Notes: generated by a model from the sequence alone, not told the origin. DNA of 63,950 bases, filler included, from Octopus bimaculoides (GCF_001194135.2; 4 parts of 4 records of this genome joined end to end with filler, not necessarily neighbours in it), one strand, 5' to 3'. Shown: positions 1 through 13,116, counted from the first letter of the whole stretch. Numbers and translations: made by a program.

Positions 1-330
1 CCCTCTTTACGTTCTGAGTTCAAATTCCGCCGAGGTTGACTTTTCCTTTCATCATTTCAGGGCCGATAAAATAAGTACCAGTTGAGTAATCGTCATACCC
101 ACTCCCATAAATTGATGGCCTTGTGCCAAAGTTTCAAATTATTATTAATACTGATGCTAAAGCGGCAAGCTGCCAGATTTGTTATCACGACGGGTGAAGT
201 GCTTAGCGGCATTCACGTTCTGAGTTCATATTCTACCCGGGTCGACTTTGCTTTTCATCCTCGGTATCGATGAAATAAATACTACTTGAATACTAGGATC
301 GATGTAACCGACTTAACCGCCCCTGCCAAA
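1..330 (+). mobile_element. Two adjacent partial copies of SINE family A (tRNA-like head, TTCTGAGTTCAAATTCCGCCGAGG core)
   Basis: B-box-like GAGTTCAAATTCC followed by GACTTT(T/G)CCTTTCATC...GATAAAATAAGTACCAG at 1-90, and a diverged second copy at ~190-330. The same block recurs many times in the window. Confidence 0.85.
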
Positions 331-559
331 AAAAAAAAAAAAAGGAATGCTGGTCCTGTGCCGAAATTTGTAACCATTGTTTATAGTGATATTAGGTTGG
401 TGGACTGACGGAATCATTAGAGCGTCGGAGAAGTGCTTTGCGGTATTTATTTCAATGCGTTATGCTCTGACTTTAAACTACACCGAGATCCGAATGTGTT
501 TTTGGGTCCAGGCTTCCCACTCCCCTTGAATCGAAGCCCGTTGGTTTGATTATGTCCAC

Positions 560-700
560 ATTACTTGGCGATTTGACAAACGAGACTAATAATATAAGTA
601 TCAGATTTTAAAAACTTAGTACGGGGATCAATTTGTTCGACTGCTAACCCTTGAGGGCGATGACACGGTATGGCCGTGTGTTGGTACTTTGAGTCATTTT
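560..700 (+). mobile_element. 3' tail fragment of SINE family B
   Basis: AATATAAGTATCAG...GGGGATCAATTTGTTCGACT...ATGGCCG matches the tail of the complete family-B copy at 40755-41170. Confidence 0.6.
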
Positions 701-816
701 GTTACTTCTGCTAAATATAAATAAAAATCTACATATACTCATATTTTGAGTCCTATTTTTCCTTATTTTCATCAGCATTACTATATGTATGTATGTATAT
801 ATATATATATATATAT

Positions 817-1505
817 NNNNNNNNNNNNNNNNNNNNNNNNNNNNNNNNNNNNNNNNNNNNNNNNNNNNNNNNNNNNNNNNNNNNNNNNNNNNNNNNNNNN
901 NNNNNNNNNNNNNNNNNNNNNNNNNNNNNNNNNNNNNNNNNNNNNNNNNNNNNNNNNNNNNNNNNNNNNNNNNNNNNNNNNNNNNNNNNNNNNNNNNNNN
1001 NNNNNNNNNNNNNNNNNNNNNNNNNNNNNNNNNNNNNNNNNNNNNNNNNNNNNNNNNNNNNNNNNNNNNNNNNNNNNNNNNNNNNNNNNNNNNNNNNNNN
1101 NNNNNNNNNNNNNNNNNNNNNNNNNNNNNNNNNNNNNNNNNNNNNNNNNNNNNNNNNNNNNNNNNNNNNNNNNNNNNNNNNNNNNNNNNNNNNNNNNNNN
1201 NNNNNNNNNNNNNNNNNNNNNNNNNNNNNNNNNNNNNNNNNNNNNNNNNNNNNNNNNNNNNNNNNNNNNNNNNNNNNNNNNNNNNNNNNNNNNNNNNNNN
1301 NNNNNNNNNNNNNNNNNNNNNNNNNNNNNNNNNNNNNNNNNNNNNNNNNNNNNNNNNNNNNNNNNNNNNNNNNNNNNNNNNNNNNNNNNNNNNNNNNNNN
1401 NNNNNNNNNNNNNNNNNNNNNNNNNNNNNNNNNNNNNNNNNNNNNNNNNNNNNNNNNNNNNNNNNNNNNNNNNNNNNNNNNNNNNNNNNNNNNNNNNNNN
1501 NNNNN
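817..1505. other. Assembly gap flanked by (TA)n and (AG)n microsatellites
   Basis: Run of N bounded by TATATA; the overlapping ORFs are artefacts. Similar microsatellite-flanked gaps occur at ~3461-3842, 11373-11717, 12686-12790, 14516-14659, 29212-29808, 31503-31714, 37899-38063, 49453-49970 and 57536-57858. Confidence 0.98.
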
Positions 1506-1547
<42 letters not shown>

Positions 1548-1719
1548 TTGATATTTTTATATATAACGTTGACCACTAACGTCGACATTCAATGTGCTAG
1601 AAATAGATCACATCTTATGTCTACTAAGACCTAAATTGTTCTCAAAACGAAATTCAGCGGAATACCAAAGCGTAAGCGGGCAAGACATTTAAAATTACCG
1701 AAAAAAATCATTATTAAAA

Positions 1720-1775
1720 CAGGGACCGGTTTCGAAATTAACAATCTTACCGACTGTCTGTTTCTCTTCAGCCTG
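1720..1775 (-). ncRNA. Type I minimal hammerhead ribozyme motif, intact
   Basis: Minus strand: CAGG-CUGAAGA-GAAA(loop)UUUC-GAAACCGGUC-CCUG. Stem I CAGG/CCUG, stem II GAAA/UUUC, palindromic stem III ACCGGU, GUC cleavage triplet. Confidence 0.85.
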
Positions 1776-1947
1776 ATCCGTAATACTTTAATCCCCTGAG
1801 ATTGCAGATATTGTTTCTGAATCTCGTTGCTTCTTTAAATGTGCTAGCTTCCTGATAATTAATCGATACTAATTAATATATGATTTTTTACCCTATGTTT
1901 TAATGTTTTAATATATATATATATATATATATAGATAGATAGATAGA

Positions 1948-2277
1948 TCTCCTTCGGTCATGAATGGCCATGGGATTGCATCTAGAAAGTTCCCCTCCTA
2001 GGCTCAAGTCCAGGCAATGTTGTTTATAAAAGACCAGCAGTCGCCCATGCAAGTCTCTCCCCTATCCACATCACCAATGTTATACAAAGGAAAGGCAAAG
2101 GCCGATAAAGCTTGGCACCAATGACTCGCAACTCAATTCTTTAGTTGAATTAATTGGAACAACGTGAGATAGAGTGTCTTGCTCAAGAACACAACACAGA
2201 ACATGGTCCAGGAATCAAACTCATTACTGCATGTTTGTAAGCTCGATACTCTAACAACTGAGCCATGCCCCTTCACA
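1948..2277 (-). mobile_element. tRNA-derived SINE (family C)
   Basis: Minus strand begins GTGAAGGGCATGGCTCAGTTGTTAGAGT (A-box-like) ... GAGTTTGATTCCTGG (B-box-like) ... TTGAGCAAGACACT, shared with other copies. Confidence 0.8.
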
Positions 2278-2286
2278 GGCACTCAC

Positions 2287-2289
<3 letters not shown>

Positions 2290-2331
<42 letters not shown>

Positions 2332-2500
2332 TATATATATATGTATATATATATGTATGTATGTATATATATATGTATCTATGTTTATATATATGTATAT
2401 ATGTATATATATATATATATATCTATATTCATATACATATATGTATGTATGAAAAGAGAGAGAGAGTGAGACATAGAGAGAGAGAGTTTGTGTGTGTGTG
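2290..2500. repeat. Compound (TA)n/(TATG)n/(AG)n/(TG)n microsatellite
   Basis: Seen directly. One of dozens of such tracts (e.g. 16903-17055, 32190-32430, 37735-37898, 47990-48130, 55845-56165, 59165-59298). Confidence 0.97.
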
Positions 2501-3045
2501 TATACGTGGTTAACAATATTTATGTATACCTGCACACGACATAAACTTAATGCTTTGATAGCAATAATGTGTTTGCAAAAAGACTTAAAACATTTAGTAA
2601 TGGGTATTGTATGAGACATAAATATCGACGATGTTGGCAAGGTTTATTTTAATTTCTAAATGTCCGGAAAATGTCCTTGCTTATAAAATATTATTTCTAC
2701 GATGGTAAAGTTTAAAGAACAAAGGATATTATTATACCTAAACTGGGATAGTAGTATTGATCTCTAATACTTTGCGACTGGTACATTGTAAGTCAATACC
2801 TCGTATTAGTCTAGAACAATAAATATCAATAATGAAGAGAGAAAGCGTAAATCATCTTACTAATATTGAATTAGGTGTCACCGCTTGGCACACAGGAAAG
2901 TTGTTATTAAGATCACAGTTTGCGCTCTCTCTTTCTCCCTGTATATATATACACACACAAAAAAAAGCACACACACACACACACAGAAACGGGATTCATG
3001 CTAGCCCTAAGGTAAAATCTTGTTTTGATTTCTATCTATAGGAAT

Positions 3046-3101
3046 ATTTCCCCTGACGAGGTGAATGGGTCCCTTAAGCGGTCCCGAACGCAATGGGGAA
3101 T
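3046..3101 (+). ncRNA. Degenerate hammerhead ribozyme motif
   Basis: ATTTCCC-CTGACGA-GG...CCC-GAAC-GCAAT-GGGGAAT. Core CUGACGA and a stem I are present, but GAAA has lost an A and stem III is broken. Confidence 0.45.
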
Positions 3102-3244
3102 TAACCAGTTATTTTCAAGTTGTGGATTCTATTTGCCATGTCACTCGAAGACATGAGTAATATAATGGCTTTATAGCGGTTTTGGCTGGTGTTCTTAACA
3201 TGTAAGGGTTTTTTTTTTGCCCCCTTAGATATGATTGTGACTTA

Positions 3245-3460
3245 CTCTTTTACTTGTTTCAGTCAATTGACTGCGGCCATGCTGGAGCACCGCCTTTAGT
3301 CGAGGAGCAAATCGACCCCAGGACTTATTCTTTGAAAGCCTAGTACTTATTCTATCGGTCTCTTTTGCCGAATCGCTAAGTTACGGGGACGTAAACACAC
3401 CAGTATCGGTTGTCAAGCGATGCTGGGGGGTACAAACTCAGACACGCAAACATAAACACA
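3245..3460 (-). mobile_element. SINE family B, 3' half (runs into gap)
   Basis: Reverse complement of the tail of the 40755-41170 copy (CTTGACAACCGAT...GTAACTTAGCG...AATAAGTCCTGGGGTCGATTTG...GAAACAAGTAAAAG). Confidence 0.9.
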
Positions 3461-3842
3461 NNNNNNNNNNNNNNNNNNNNNNNNNNNNNNNNNNNNNNNN
3501 NNNNNNNNNNNNNNNNNNNNNNNNNNNNNNNNNNNNNNNNNNNNNNNNNNNNNNNNNNNNNNNNNNNNNNNNNNNNNNNNNNNNNNNNNNNNNNNNNNNN
3601 NNNNNNNNNNNNNNNNNNNNNNNNNNNNNNNNNNNNNNNNNNNNNNNNNNNNNNNNNNNNNNNNNNNNNNNNNNNNNNNNNNNNNNNNNNNNNNNNNNNN
3701 NNNNNNNNNNNNNNNNNNNNNNNNNNNNNNNNNNNNNNNNNNNNNNNNNNNNNNNNNNNNNNNNNNNNNNNNNNNNNNNNNNNNNNNNNNNNNNNNNNNN
3801 NNNNNNNNNNNNNNNNNNNNNNNNNNNNNNNNNNNNNNNNNN

Positions 3843-3879
<37 letters not shown>

Positions 3880-4959
3880 CATAAACATATACATACATAC
3901 GCACACGTATATTCCACACTGAGATTGATGGAGAATATACACATTCACACAACACATACACATGCATACACGAGCTAAGTCTGTATGTTTGTATGTGTCT
4001 ATGTGCAATAAATAACTACTAAATATTAACATATACAGATTTAGATTTCAAAACCGGAACCTACTAGGGGACCTCTTAAGCCAATGAAGCAGCCTCTTGT
4101 GGTTACTCGATCTTCTATAAATAATTGTAACCAGATAGGAAGAAAACGTCCATTAACTTAGTTATAGGTTTACTCTACTACAATGCATGATGATATGGTG
4201 ACGGGCGGAATGTGTTTAATCATGGGTTTGATCAAACAGCTTACCTGGGGCTAAATAACGAAAATATCAGCAAGAATATTATTGCAATGTATACCTTTAT
4301 AGAACATGATCCTATTATGTATGTTGTTTTAGGCCTAATGTTAAACAACAATAACAACGAAACTATTTATATAAGGTTGGATGGGGCATATTTACTCAAA
4401 TGTAATTCAAATTCAATTCCCTTGATAACTTGTTAAGGAACTAATGACAAGCTCATTATGATTATGCATTATGCATTATACAATCGGCTAGTTATTCAAT
4501 ATTATATAACCGATATTAACTACTTCATTATTTCTTCCTGGTCCGATAAAATCGTTCTCGTTAACCCATTAACGACCAATGTCCAATTTTTATCACACAG
4601 ATTTAAAATTTATTATAAATAATATTATAAAGATTTTTGTGTTTCTTTTGTCACATATTTTATACTTACAGTATTTTCCAAGTAAACAATTAAAATAAGC
4701 ATATATTCTTTAATAATTATGAAGTTAGAAAGCGCTGAATTTGACATTTTAGCGTGACTCAACGCAATGTACTTAATATTCATAGTTGAATAGATTGAGT
4801 GGTCAAATTGGATCTCATATCTAATAAACCCATATATTCATATACAGTCATATTTAATGTAACTATACGCCCCTATGCTCTCATATCTGATATACACTAC
4901 CCTTCTCTCAATATATAAACAACTTATTTGGCGCAGTGTTGTACAAAATATAGTTGTAT

Positions 4960-5960
4960 TCAGACGCCTCGACCCTTTAATCTTGCCTAATTTTCCCTAA
5001 TCACGCACCATTCACACGCAGAGTAGACACCGCAAATCGAACCTGCATTAGCTTCATAAATGGAAACCGCAAGTGAAACCTTAAGGAGCCCTATGGCAAC
5101 CTTGTTTCTTCTGGTCCAAACTTTCCCCACAAAAACAAAGCACTATTCATATAAGGAAGCGATTACCACACCACATCCTCACTAAACGGGAATGGTACAC
5201 AGCTACATTCCCAACAGTTTCCCAATTACTGGGTTCAAATTTTGTTACAAGGCCAGCAATTTCGGTGGAGGGGGATAAGTCGATTAAATCGACCTCAGTG
5301 CTTAGCTGGTACTTATTTTATCGAACCTGGAGTGATAAAAGGCAAAGCTGACCCCAGCGGCATTTGAACTTAGAACCTAAAGTCAGAAGAAATGCCACTA
5401 AGTATTTTGTCCGGTGTGGTAACGACTTTGCCAGGTCCCCGCCTTAGTTTCTCCAAATATTGGTCTGCACTATCATCAAGGCTTTCTCCTAGCAAAAGCA
5501 TATCCTTAGCAGCGCTAGGACTGCATCTGAAAGACTAGCTTATTTCTCTGGGGACAGGAAATATTTCAGCTACTAACGGCTGCAAACACTCTGTAAAACT
5601 CAAGTGAGGACGACGAAGAAATACTACCCTCACTTCTTGGACGGTGGTGGTACTACGCAAACCTCCAGCTTGAACAGCATCCAGAAAAGGACCACTCAAC
5701 TACTTCGAATTCAGTCACTAATGGATTGATACAATCTAACCTCTAACCTATAGGTGTACTGTATAGTCTCTTTCTATCACTTCTTTTCCTTGGAGCAGGC
5801 TAGTATCATACTTCTATCATTCAGGCATCACTCTATTGGCTCCAACGACACTTAACTTCCAAATAATCCAGTTCACCTAACTACTATGTGAACAACGGAC
5901 TAAAAACAATACCCTAACTCCACCAACCGTTGTAAGCAATGAACGCTCTCAAGAATTGAC
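4960..5960 (+). mobile_element. Decayed CR1/Jockey-like LINE, post-RT 3' region, interrupted by a SINE A
   Basis: Conceptual translation HILSSARTASERLAYFSGDRKYFSY*RLQTLCKTQVR...TQTSSLNSIQKRTTQLLRIQSLMD resembles the conserved 'KHI...ASKKLGFL.R.RKYF...LLTLYKAQVRP.LEYC..W...LDRIQRRA' C-terminus. Confidence 0.6.
5215..5447 (-). mobile_element. SINE family A, near full length
   Basis: Reverse complement of AAGGCGG..CTGGCAAAGTCGTTA...TTCTAAGTTCAAATGCCGCTGGGGTCAGCTTTGCCTTT...AAATAAGTACCAG. Confidence 0.85.
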
Positions 5961-6807
5961 AAATATTTCTTCAATAATGTACAGGATTGCGGTTATACGT
6001 TGAAGAATTATGTTGATTGCCGAAAATAATAATTTAAATGGAAACGAAATCATAGAAACCTCCCTAAGAATCTATCGGGTAAATTTCACATCCACATACG
6101 TCTATTTTTTCTATGTGTAAAAGCAATAATATATTGCTTCAGTTTAGAATAAATTCATCAGTAACAGTAGATTGTTTCATTGTTTATTGTTTCATTACTT
6201 ATCATTTCATTAATTACCACAACATCATTAATTATCTAAATGTTTATTGTAATTTTTCTAACGTTTCATTTTCAGACATGTTTTCGTTAATCAACTCGAT
6301 GCTTATTATTTCAATGCTTGTTCTTTCGTTGTATTTTTGCTTGAATTATAGATTATTAAAGCAATTGTCTTTTCTATTTCCATCTCACAAAGATTAATCG
6401 ATTTTGTCTTCAATCACTAAAATTAAATTGATCTGTAAGAGATAGGATCTTTAGTTGTCGCAACTTTGTATTGTTAGATTCAGATCATCATCTATAAGAA
6501 GTGGAATCTTTGAAAAAAAATTCTTACAGATAAACATTGCATGCATTCACATGAGCAGCCAATCATATATGACGTCACTAATTCTGCATTAGATCATATA
6601 ACACTATCACTGATAATATACATAACTATAAATTATACAACACTATAAATTATATAATGCGATAGATTATATTATAATAATAAAACTGCATTAATAGAAA
6701 AAAATCTTTTCAAAATCTAAATAACATAATTTTAAGCAAAAGTTCGATACAGAAGAATGACAAGCGGTTCGTTGCTATTTCCATGTAATAAACAATGTTG
6801 GTTTAAA

Positions 6808-7008
6808 ATTTTGGCACAAAGTTAATTTGGGAGAGGGGTTAAGTCAATGACATAGACCCCAGGGCTCGACTGTTACTTATTTTATCGGCTCAGAAAGGTG
6901 GAAAGGCAAAGTCGACCTCGGCGGAATTTGAACTCAGAACGTAATGACGAACGAATTGCTGCTAAGCATTTTGTCCAACCGGCTAACGATTCTTCCAGCT
7001 CACTTCCT
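6808..7008 (-). mobile_element. SINE family A
   Basis: Contains GGCAAAGTCGACCTCGGCGGAATTTGAACTCAGAACG on the + strand. Confidence 0.9.
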
Positions 7009-7035
7009 CATCTAATATATAAAATTAATGAAATA

Positions 7036-7310
7036 CAAGATGTGAGTGGTATTTGAGGGCAATTTATTAATATATTACTCTCTCACACCAAATAAAAGTA
7101 TTTTTCCAGATTCCCCATGGTATACAAAATGCGAACACAAGAAATGAAAAGACATGCAATCATGCTGTTGTGGCCATATGTGCGGAACACAGCGATTTGG
7201 AAATTGCCAGCTTTCTAAATGCTGCTAGATCTTTTGTACACAAAGTTCGGATGGAGTTGGAAACCACAGGTGAGAATTTTTCAAATGTATCAAAGAGAAC
7301 AAAAATCATT
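7036..7310 (+). mobile_element. 5' fragment of a mariner (DD37D-like) transposon
   Basis: TA-CAAGATGTGAGTGGTATTTGAGG resembles the TIR of the 23067-24305 element. EMKRHA...AICAEHSDLEIASFLNAARSFVHKVRMELETTGENFSNVSKR is homologous to that element's N-terminus. Confidence 0.75.
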
Positions 7311-8139
7311 TTAAACATCCTGACACAAAAGGACACCGCATTTTATAGAGATTTCTTTGTGACGGATTGTTCTGAAAATTGATTTTTTTTTTCTGTGTAT
7401 CACTTCTGCCTCACCTAAGGTTCTCGACTGATATCTATAAAACTTTATATTAGTAGTTTCAGTGAAATGAAACCCAACGATCAAAAATGCTGTGAACTAG
7501 ACATTATGTTACAAGACCGCCCGTACAGCTAAATATGTTTCCATATATATATATCCTGGCTGTTTTCAGACTTTGTTTTGGGAGTTTCCTTTTGAGAAGA
7601 TGGTCCCTAACAGAAGTTACAAAGATTGCAAGTTGCTATCTGACATTTATGTTTATCTAACCCACTCAGTATTTTCTCTAATCTATCACTACATTTAAAT
7701 ATTTAATTACGAAACCTCATAAATTTAGTTCGCCCGACAGCATTTATTCGATCAGAAATAACTAAAGTACTCATATATGACATTATCGAGCCGTGTGTTT
7801 CACACTGGTGTGCGTAAGTGCATTTAACAGTAAAACGAAGTTAATAGTACTCTGAGATTATTAATATATTCAGTTACTTTGATGTTTATCCGCTGTCGGC
7901 ATAGTTAACAAATAGCTAACATAGATAGATGACATGGTTAACAAATATCTTCTCACTAATGCCAAAATCGATTCTATTAAATACTACAGAGTCCGACAGT
8001 GCATACTACTGCATAAATCTGTAAAGATATCTCTAAAGAATTTGGCGATTCATCACTATCCTCATCATCAACCCTTGAGCATTACTGCCTTGAGTTCAAG
8101 ACCTCAAAGGATAGGATACCCAGTTTCCAAGGCGTATTG

Positions 8140-8337
8140 CTGATTTCCCCTTATACAGGAATCCGGCCTCTCGGGAGTTATTGATTTGATGCTAAGTGAA
8201 CTGGAGCAACGCGAAATGAAGAGTATTTTCATTGCTCAAAAACACAATATACCCATCATGACTACTCGTCTGGGAATCGAAACCACAGTCTTGCGATCGA
8301 TTGCGCAGCACCGTAAGTACTAGGCCACGCGTCTTCT
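8140..8337 (-). mobile_element. tRNA-derived SINE (family C/D), 5' part
   Basis: GCTAAGTGAACTGGAGCAACGCGAAATG...GCTCAAAAACACAA...GGGAATCGAAACCACAG...GGCCACGCGTCTTC on + is the reverse of a tRNA-like head. Confidence 0.7.
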
Positions 8338-8817
8338 ATTAAAGATTAGTTATTTGTTAATTTATTTTGAACAGGATGTGTACAGGGAAAAAGTACATAG
8401 TACACCACTGGAATGATGATTGACAACTAGGTTAATTGTTATCACTCTTCATATCATCTGTTTGGGGATTTCAACAACAAAACACACAGTATTTTCAGTC
8501 AAGCTTAAATATAATTTATATTATCGCTAATAAAATTTAGATAAGATTATACAGATTAAAAATAAATACACTGATAGAAGCAGAACAACTCTTACCATTA
8601 TCGTTTGTTTCTCTGACTATGGAACAGAAATTAGCATTATTTTCAGGACATGGCGAGGGAGTAGGAGGTGACTGTTCGCATTCACCGTAGTATCTGTCTC
8701 CTCTGGAATCACATCGTGAACACAGAAGCGCTGCATGGATCACTGCAAGGATGATAATAGTATTAATCTCAAAAAAATCAACAACAACAACAACAACATT
8801 GGTAATCCTTTCAATTA

Positions 8818-9019
8818 TAGGCACAAGGTTTGAAATTTGGGGGAAGGGACCAGTCGATTACATCAACCTCAGTGCGTAACTGGTACTTATTTTATCGACC
8901 CCGAAGGGATGAAAGGCAAAGTCGAACTCGGCGAAATTTGAACACAGAAAGTAAGAACAGACAAAATGCCTGTAAGTATTTTGCCTGGCGTGCTAACAAT
9001 TCTACCAGCTCAACACCTT
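8818..9019 (-). mobile_element. SINE family A
   Basis: ACTGGTACTTATTTTATCGACCCCGAAGGGATGAAAGGCAAAGTCGAACTCGGCGAAATTTGAAC on +. Confidence 0.9.
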
Positions 9020-9570
9020 AAACGCCCTGATGCAGTACCAGACAGTGGTTTTAATGGTTTCTGAACCTAAGAGATTGGAAGTTATAGCATGCACATGTTT
9101 TGTCTTGGTGTAAAAGATGGGCTACACTAACAATTTTCTGCTTGATACCACAACACTGCTTGTCAGTTGTTTGACCTTAACCAGTTGAGCATGTCCCTCA
9201 GTGGCTGACGATATGTGTATTTCTGATCATGAGCAGTAGTGGGGGAAGCATCATGGTATAAAAGAATGGACAACACCAAATATTCTGTTCAATACCACAG
9301 ATTTACTTGTCAGTTTCTTGACTTTAACCAGTTGAGCATGTCCCTTAGTGCCTGACGACATGTGCTTTTCTGGTCATGAGCAGAAGTAGTGCGGTGAGCA
9401 TCATAGCCATATGTTGAGAGGAATTATTTGGGGTTTGAATAATTCACCCTTGGAAACAGGCATTTTATTCAACATCCTTAAACAATCCTTATTCAGGGAC
9501 AGTTTGATTGGGCTACTCGTCCTGAAGAAAATTCCAACAGGGCCCCACCTTCAAAGTCACGCGCTGTTTG
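9020..9570. repeat. Interspersed repeat with an internal ~155-bp tandem duplication
   Basis: CTTGTCAGTT..TTGAC.TTAACCAGTTGAGCATGTCCCT.AGTG.CTGACGA.ATGTG..TTTCTG.TCATGAGCAG occurs at ~9157 and ~9307. Confidence 0.8.
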
Positions 9571-11066
9571 TCTTGAGGTACATTCTCAAAACAAACAAAC
9601 AAAAGTCAGAAATTGAATTAGCACTTAAAAGGAAAACTACACCAGTTAAACACAAACAGTGCCCATAGAACAATACCTAATAAGACAAGTATTGAGAGTG
9701 TAAAACACGAAGATAGACATAAAAGATTGAAACCCACAAAATGTATAATGGTGACCGAAATGCATCAAACAAGAGCAACATATTGAGACCAAGATGCCTG
9801 TAGAGACAGAAACTGAAACAACCAAACAGGAAGGAGAAAATCGGGATTGCAGTCTGAAAACTGCGAGGAGAGCTATGATTCCTGAGTGAAAGAAACAAAA
9901 AGTGAACAACTGGAACTAAACCTTAATATTAAATAAAAGATTGGTAAAGCAATACCTAAAAAGACACAGAACTAACAAATTGAAAGAAAAATACAGAGAC
10001 TTAGGATCTTCAACAACAGGAGCTATTAGTTTAGGTAGATCAAGTTTAAAGAAAATGTCAAGATGTTCTATTATGAGCTAAGCAAGTCACTCCATCCGCC
10101 AGTGTCTTCCACGACTTCTATTTTCCCTTAATAAACTTCTTTTGTGATTTCCTCCATCTATCAGCGATGGTCTGATATCCCTCTCTATACATTATCATTA
10201 TAAGCTTCTCCATTATTGCAAGAGAATACAGTGTATCTATAGGAGAGGGCGTTGGATTCGTTAGTTTCTAGTCCTGAGAAAGAAGCGTGTTTTACGACAA
10301 TTCTCGGCATTTCAACCACTGGTATAATGACGGAGCACAACCCCGGAAAGGCTCAATCCTTTTGAGGAAGATCGTTAGGAACAAAATGGATGTCTACACT
10401 GTCCCATCTTGAATGTGAGTAATTTTGTTTTAGTTCTAATCTTACATACTAGGTGTTTTGTGTTACAAATGTGACAACGGGCCACGTATCAATGTTGCTG
10501 CTAATATTTTGAGTGTGGTGAATATAGTAAGCTAGTGCTTGTGTTGTGTTATAACCGTAAGCGCAGGTATTTGGCGCAACAGTTTGATTTGTGTCCATGT
10601 TTCACTGTTAGTCTTGAAAACCAGCCAGACTCGGCTGTATTTCAAGTAATAGTTGGTGACTACCAGATAACCCCATATGCCAGAAAGACCCTTTAATTAT
10701 ACTTTTGAGGAAACACTGAATGCCCTTTCCCTTTTCTCTCAGACAGACATTCATAAAACACTCATTCATAAAACGCTGCTCTTATGCTCCCTTTTCTGAC
10801 AAAATTCTTTTCCTGTTAAGATCTTGCCTGTCAATAACAATGTTAGCAAGTATGTTTTCATTGCTATAAACTGTATATTTAATATTTCCTATATTTTCGT
10901 TTGGCATAATGTATATGAATGACTTTCCTTGATGTTGTCGCCAAAAAATGTCACTAAAATATTTCATACTACTTTCAATGTCCATAATATCTTTAATGTC
11001 CTCTTGTAAAGCGCATGTGTTGCTTCTACGATATTTCTTTTCGATTTTTTCCTTGCTTATTATTAC

Positions 11067-11097
<31 letters not shown>

Positions 11098-11777
11098 TTA
11101 TTAAGTTCTCTTTGTTTTTCAAAATACTTCTGCAAGAGGGTATTTCATCTACCTCTCGTAACCATTTTCTAATATATGTAAACAGATATATAAATATTGC
11201 TTAAAAATAAAATTCATTTTTCGCCAGTAACCTGTATGGATAGAAAAAAATTTTTCCAAGCAGATGTTCTTTTGAAGAATGTCTTGAAACGTGTTCGAAC
11301 CAGTAAATCGTTGATAATGATGGTGATGTTGATGAAGTCGACGACGACGACGACGACGATGATGATAGTAACNNNNNNNNNNNNNNNNNNNNNNNNNNNN
11401 NNNNNNNNNNNNNNNNNNNNNNNNNNNNNNNNNNNNNNNNNNNNNNNNNNNNNNNNNNNNNNNNNNNNNNNNNNNNNNNNNNNNNNNNNNNNNNNNNNNN
11501 NNNNNNNNNNNNNNNNNNNNNNNNNNNNNNNNNNNNNNNNNNNNNNNNNNNNNNNNNNNNNNNNNNNNNNNNNNNNNNNNNNNNNNNNNNNNNNNNNNNN
11601 NNNNNNNNNNNNNNNNNNNNNNNNNNNNNNNNNNNNNNNNNNNNNNNNNNNNNNNNNNNNNNNNNNNNNNNNNNNNNNNNNNNNNNNNNNNNNNNNNNNN
11701 NNNNNNNNNNNNNNNNNTATATATATATATATATATGCATATATATGTGTGTGCGTGTGCGTGTGTGTGTGTGTGTG

Positions 11778-11820
<43 letters not shown>

Positions 11821-11931
11821 ATAGTGGTGTATATGCATATTGCGCATGCATACGATATGCAAACATAAATGCAAATAAACAATCACATACAGGCACCTAC
11901 ACATATATGTAGCAGTCCACTCACTCACATG

Positions 11932-11969
<38 letters not shown>

Positions 11970-12106
11970 ATTGTATGTATGTATGTTTGCTTGCCTGCCT
12001 GTTTGTCTGTCTGTATATATAATTATATACATATATATATATGTATGTATGTATATGTATGTATGTATGTATGTATGTATTATTATCATTATTATTATAG
12101 AGCATA

Positions 12107-12670
12107 CCTAACGCTGACTGCTTTTTAGTTAAAGTTACGGCGTTGCAACTGCCCAGGGTTTTCGCACTTCGGTATTCCCCTTTAAGGAAGTTTAAAGTGC
12201 CAAAAGCACATTTCTGGAAATGCGCTATAGAGAAGCACTGAGCAGATTTGGTGTTTATTCACACTTTTAACCATAGGAGAGAATTTTTTAACTGCAGTGA
12301 ATTGACCTTCAGAAGTCGAAATATGTTACAAACATAAACTTCATTTATTCCTAATCACTGAGTGGCGCTGATGCTTCTGTTTTTATTCTGATCAGAGGGT
12401 TCACTAGCACAACTCAGTCACTGACGTCGACTGTTTTTTAGTTAAAGCTACAGCTTTAAATCTGCTCAGAGTTACCTCTCTTCGGTATTTACCATTGAGA
12501 AAGGCTATAGAGCCAGAAACATGCATCAAGTAAACCGCTAGAGGAAAGTACTGCGCCGATATAGTGTTTTTACACCTCTTAATAGAAGAGAGAATTTTTC
12601 TCTACGTCAACTGCAATGAATTTTGCATTTAGAAATTAGAATATGTCACCAAAGTATTTCAACTAATTCA
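12107..12670. repeat. Diverged tandem duplication, unit ~310 bp
   Basis: GACTG.TTTTTAGTTAAAG.TAC.GC, CTTCGGTATT and GAGAGAATTTTT...AACTGCA.TGAATT recur at an offset of ~312 bp. Confidence 0.75.
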
Positions 12671-12790
12671 AAATTCATATATATANNNNNNNNNNNNNNN
12701 NNNNNNNNNNNNNNNNNNNNNNNNNNNNNNNNNNNNNNNNNNNNNNNNNNNNNNNNNNNNNNNNNNNNNNNNNNNNNNNNNNNNNNNNNN

Positions 12791-12882
<92 letters not shown>

Positions 12883-13116
12883 CATATACAAATATCTCAC
12901 CATTCGAATAAAATATGAAGTATGAAAAACAATACCAATAATGACTAGGGCAACAGGTAAGATAAAATGTGTATGGACAAGAAAAGACATATTAGAGGCC
13001 ACTTGTTACATAATGCCTAGAATGTAGCTGAAATACGTAAAGAGGCACAGTTTGGAAGGAAGAAAAAAATCGAAGGAAAGCAAGATGAAGAAGAAATCAA
13101 AATGTTGAAGATATAG

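Noticed and set aside
644-1634. Long ORFs (250-314 aa) here and at other gaps
   Set aside because: They consist of X from N-runs plus (TA)n/(TG)n-derived YI/CV/HT repeats; not coding.
9580-10070. Purine-rich stretch resembling a LINE ORF1 C-terminus
   Set aside because: Similarity is compositional only; no CCHC or other motif.
10080-10790. Coding-like segment; one minus frame (GYLVVTNYYLKYSRV) loosely resembles a retroviral integrase start
   Set aside because: No consistent DDE motifs in any frame and many stops; cannot be assigned without a profile search.
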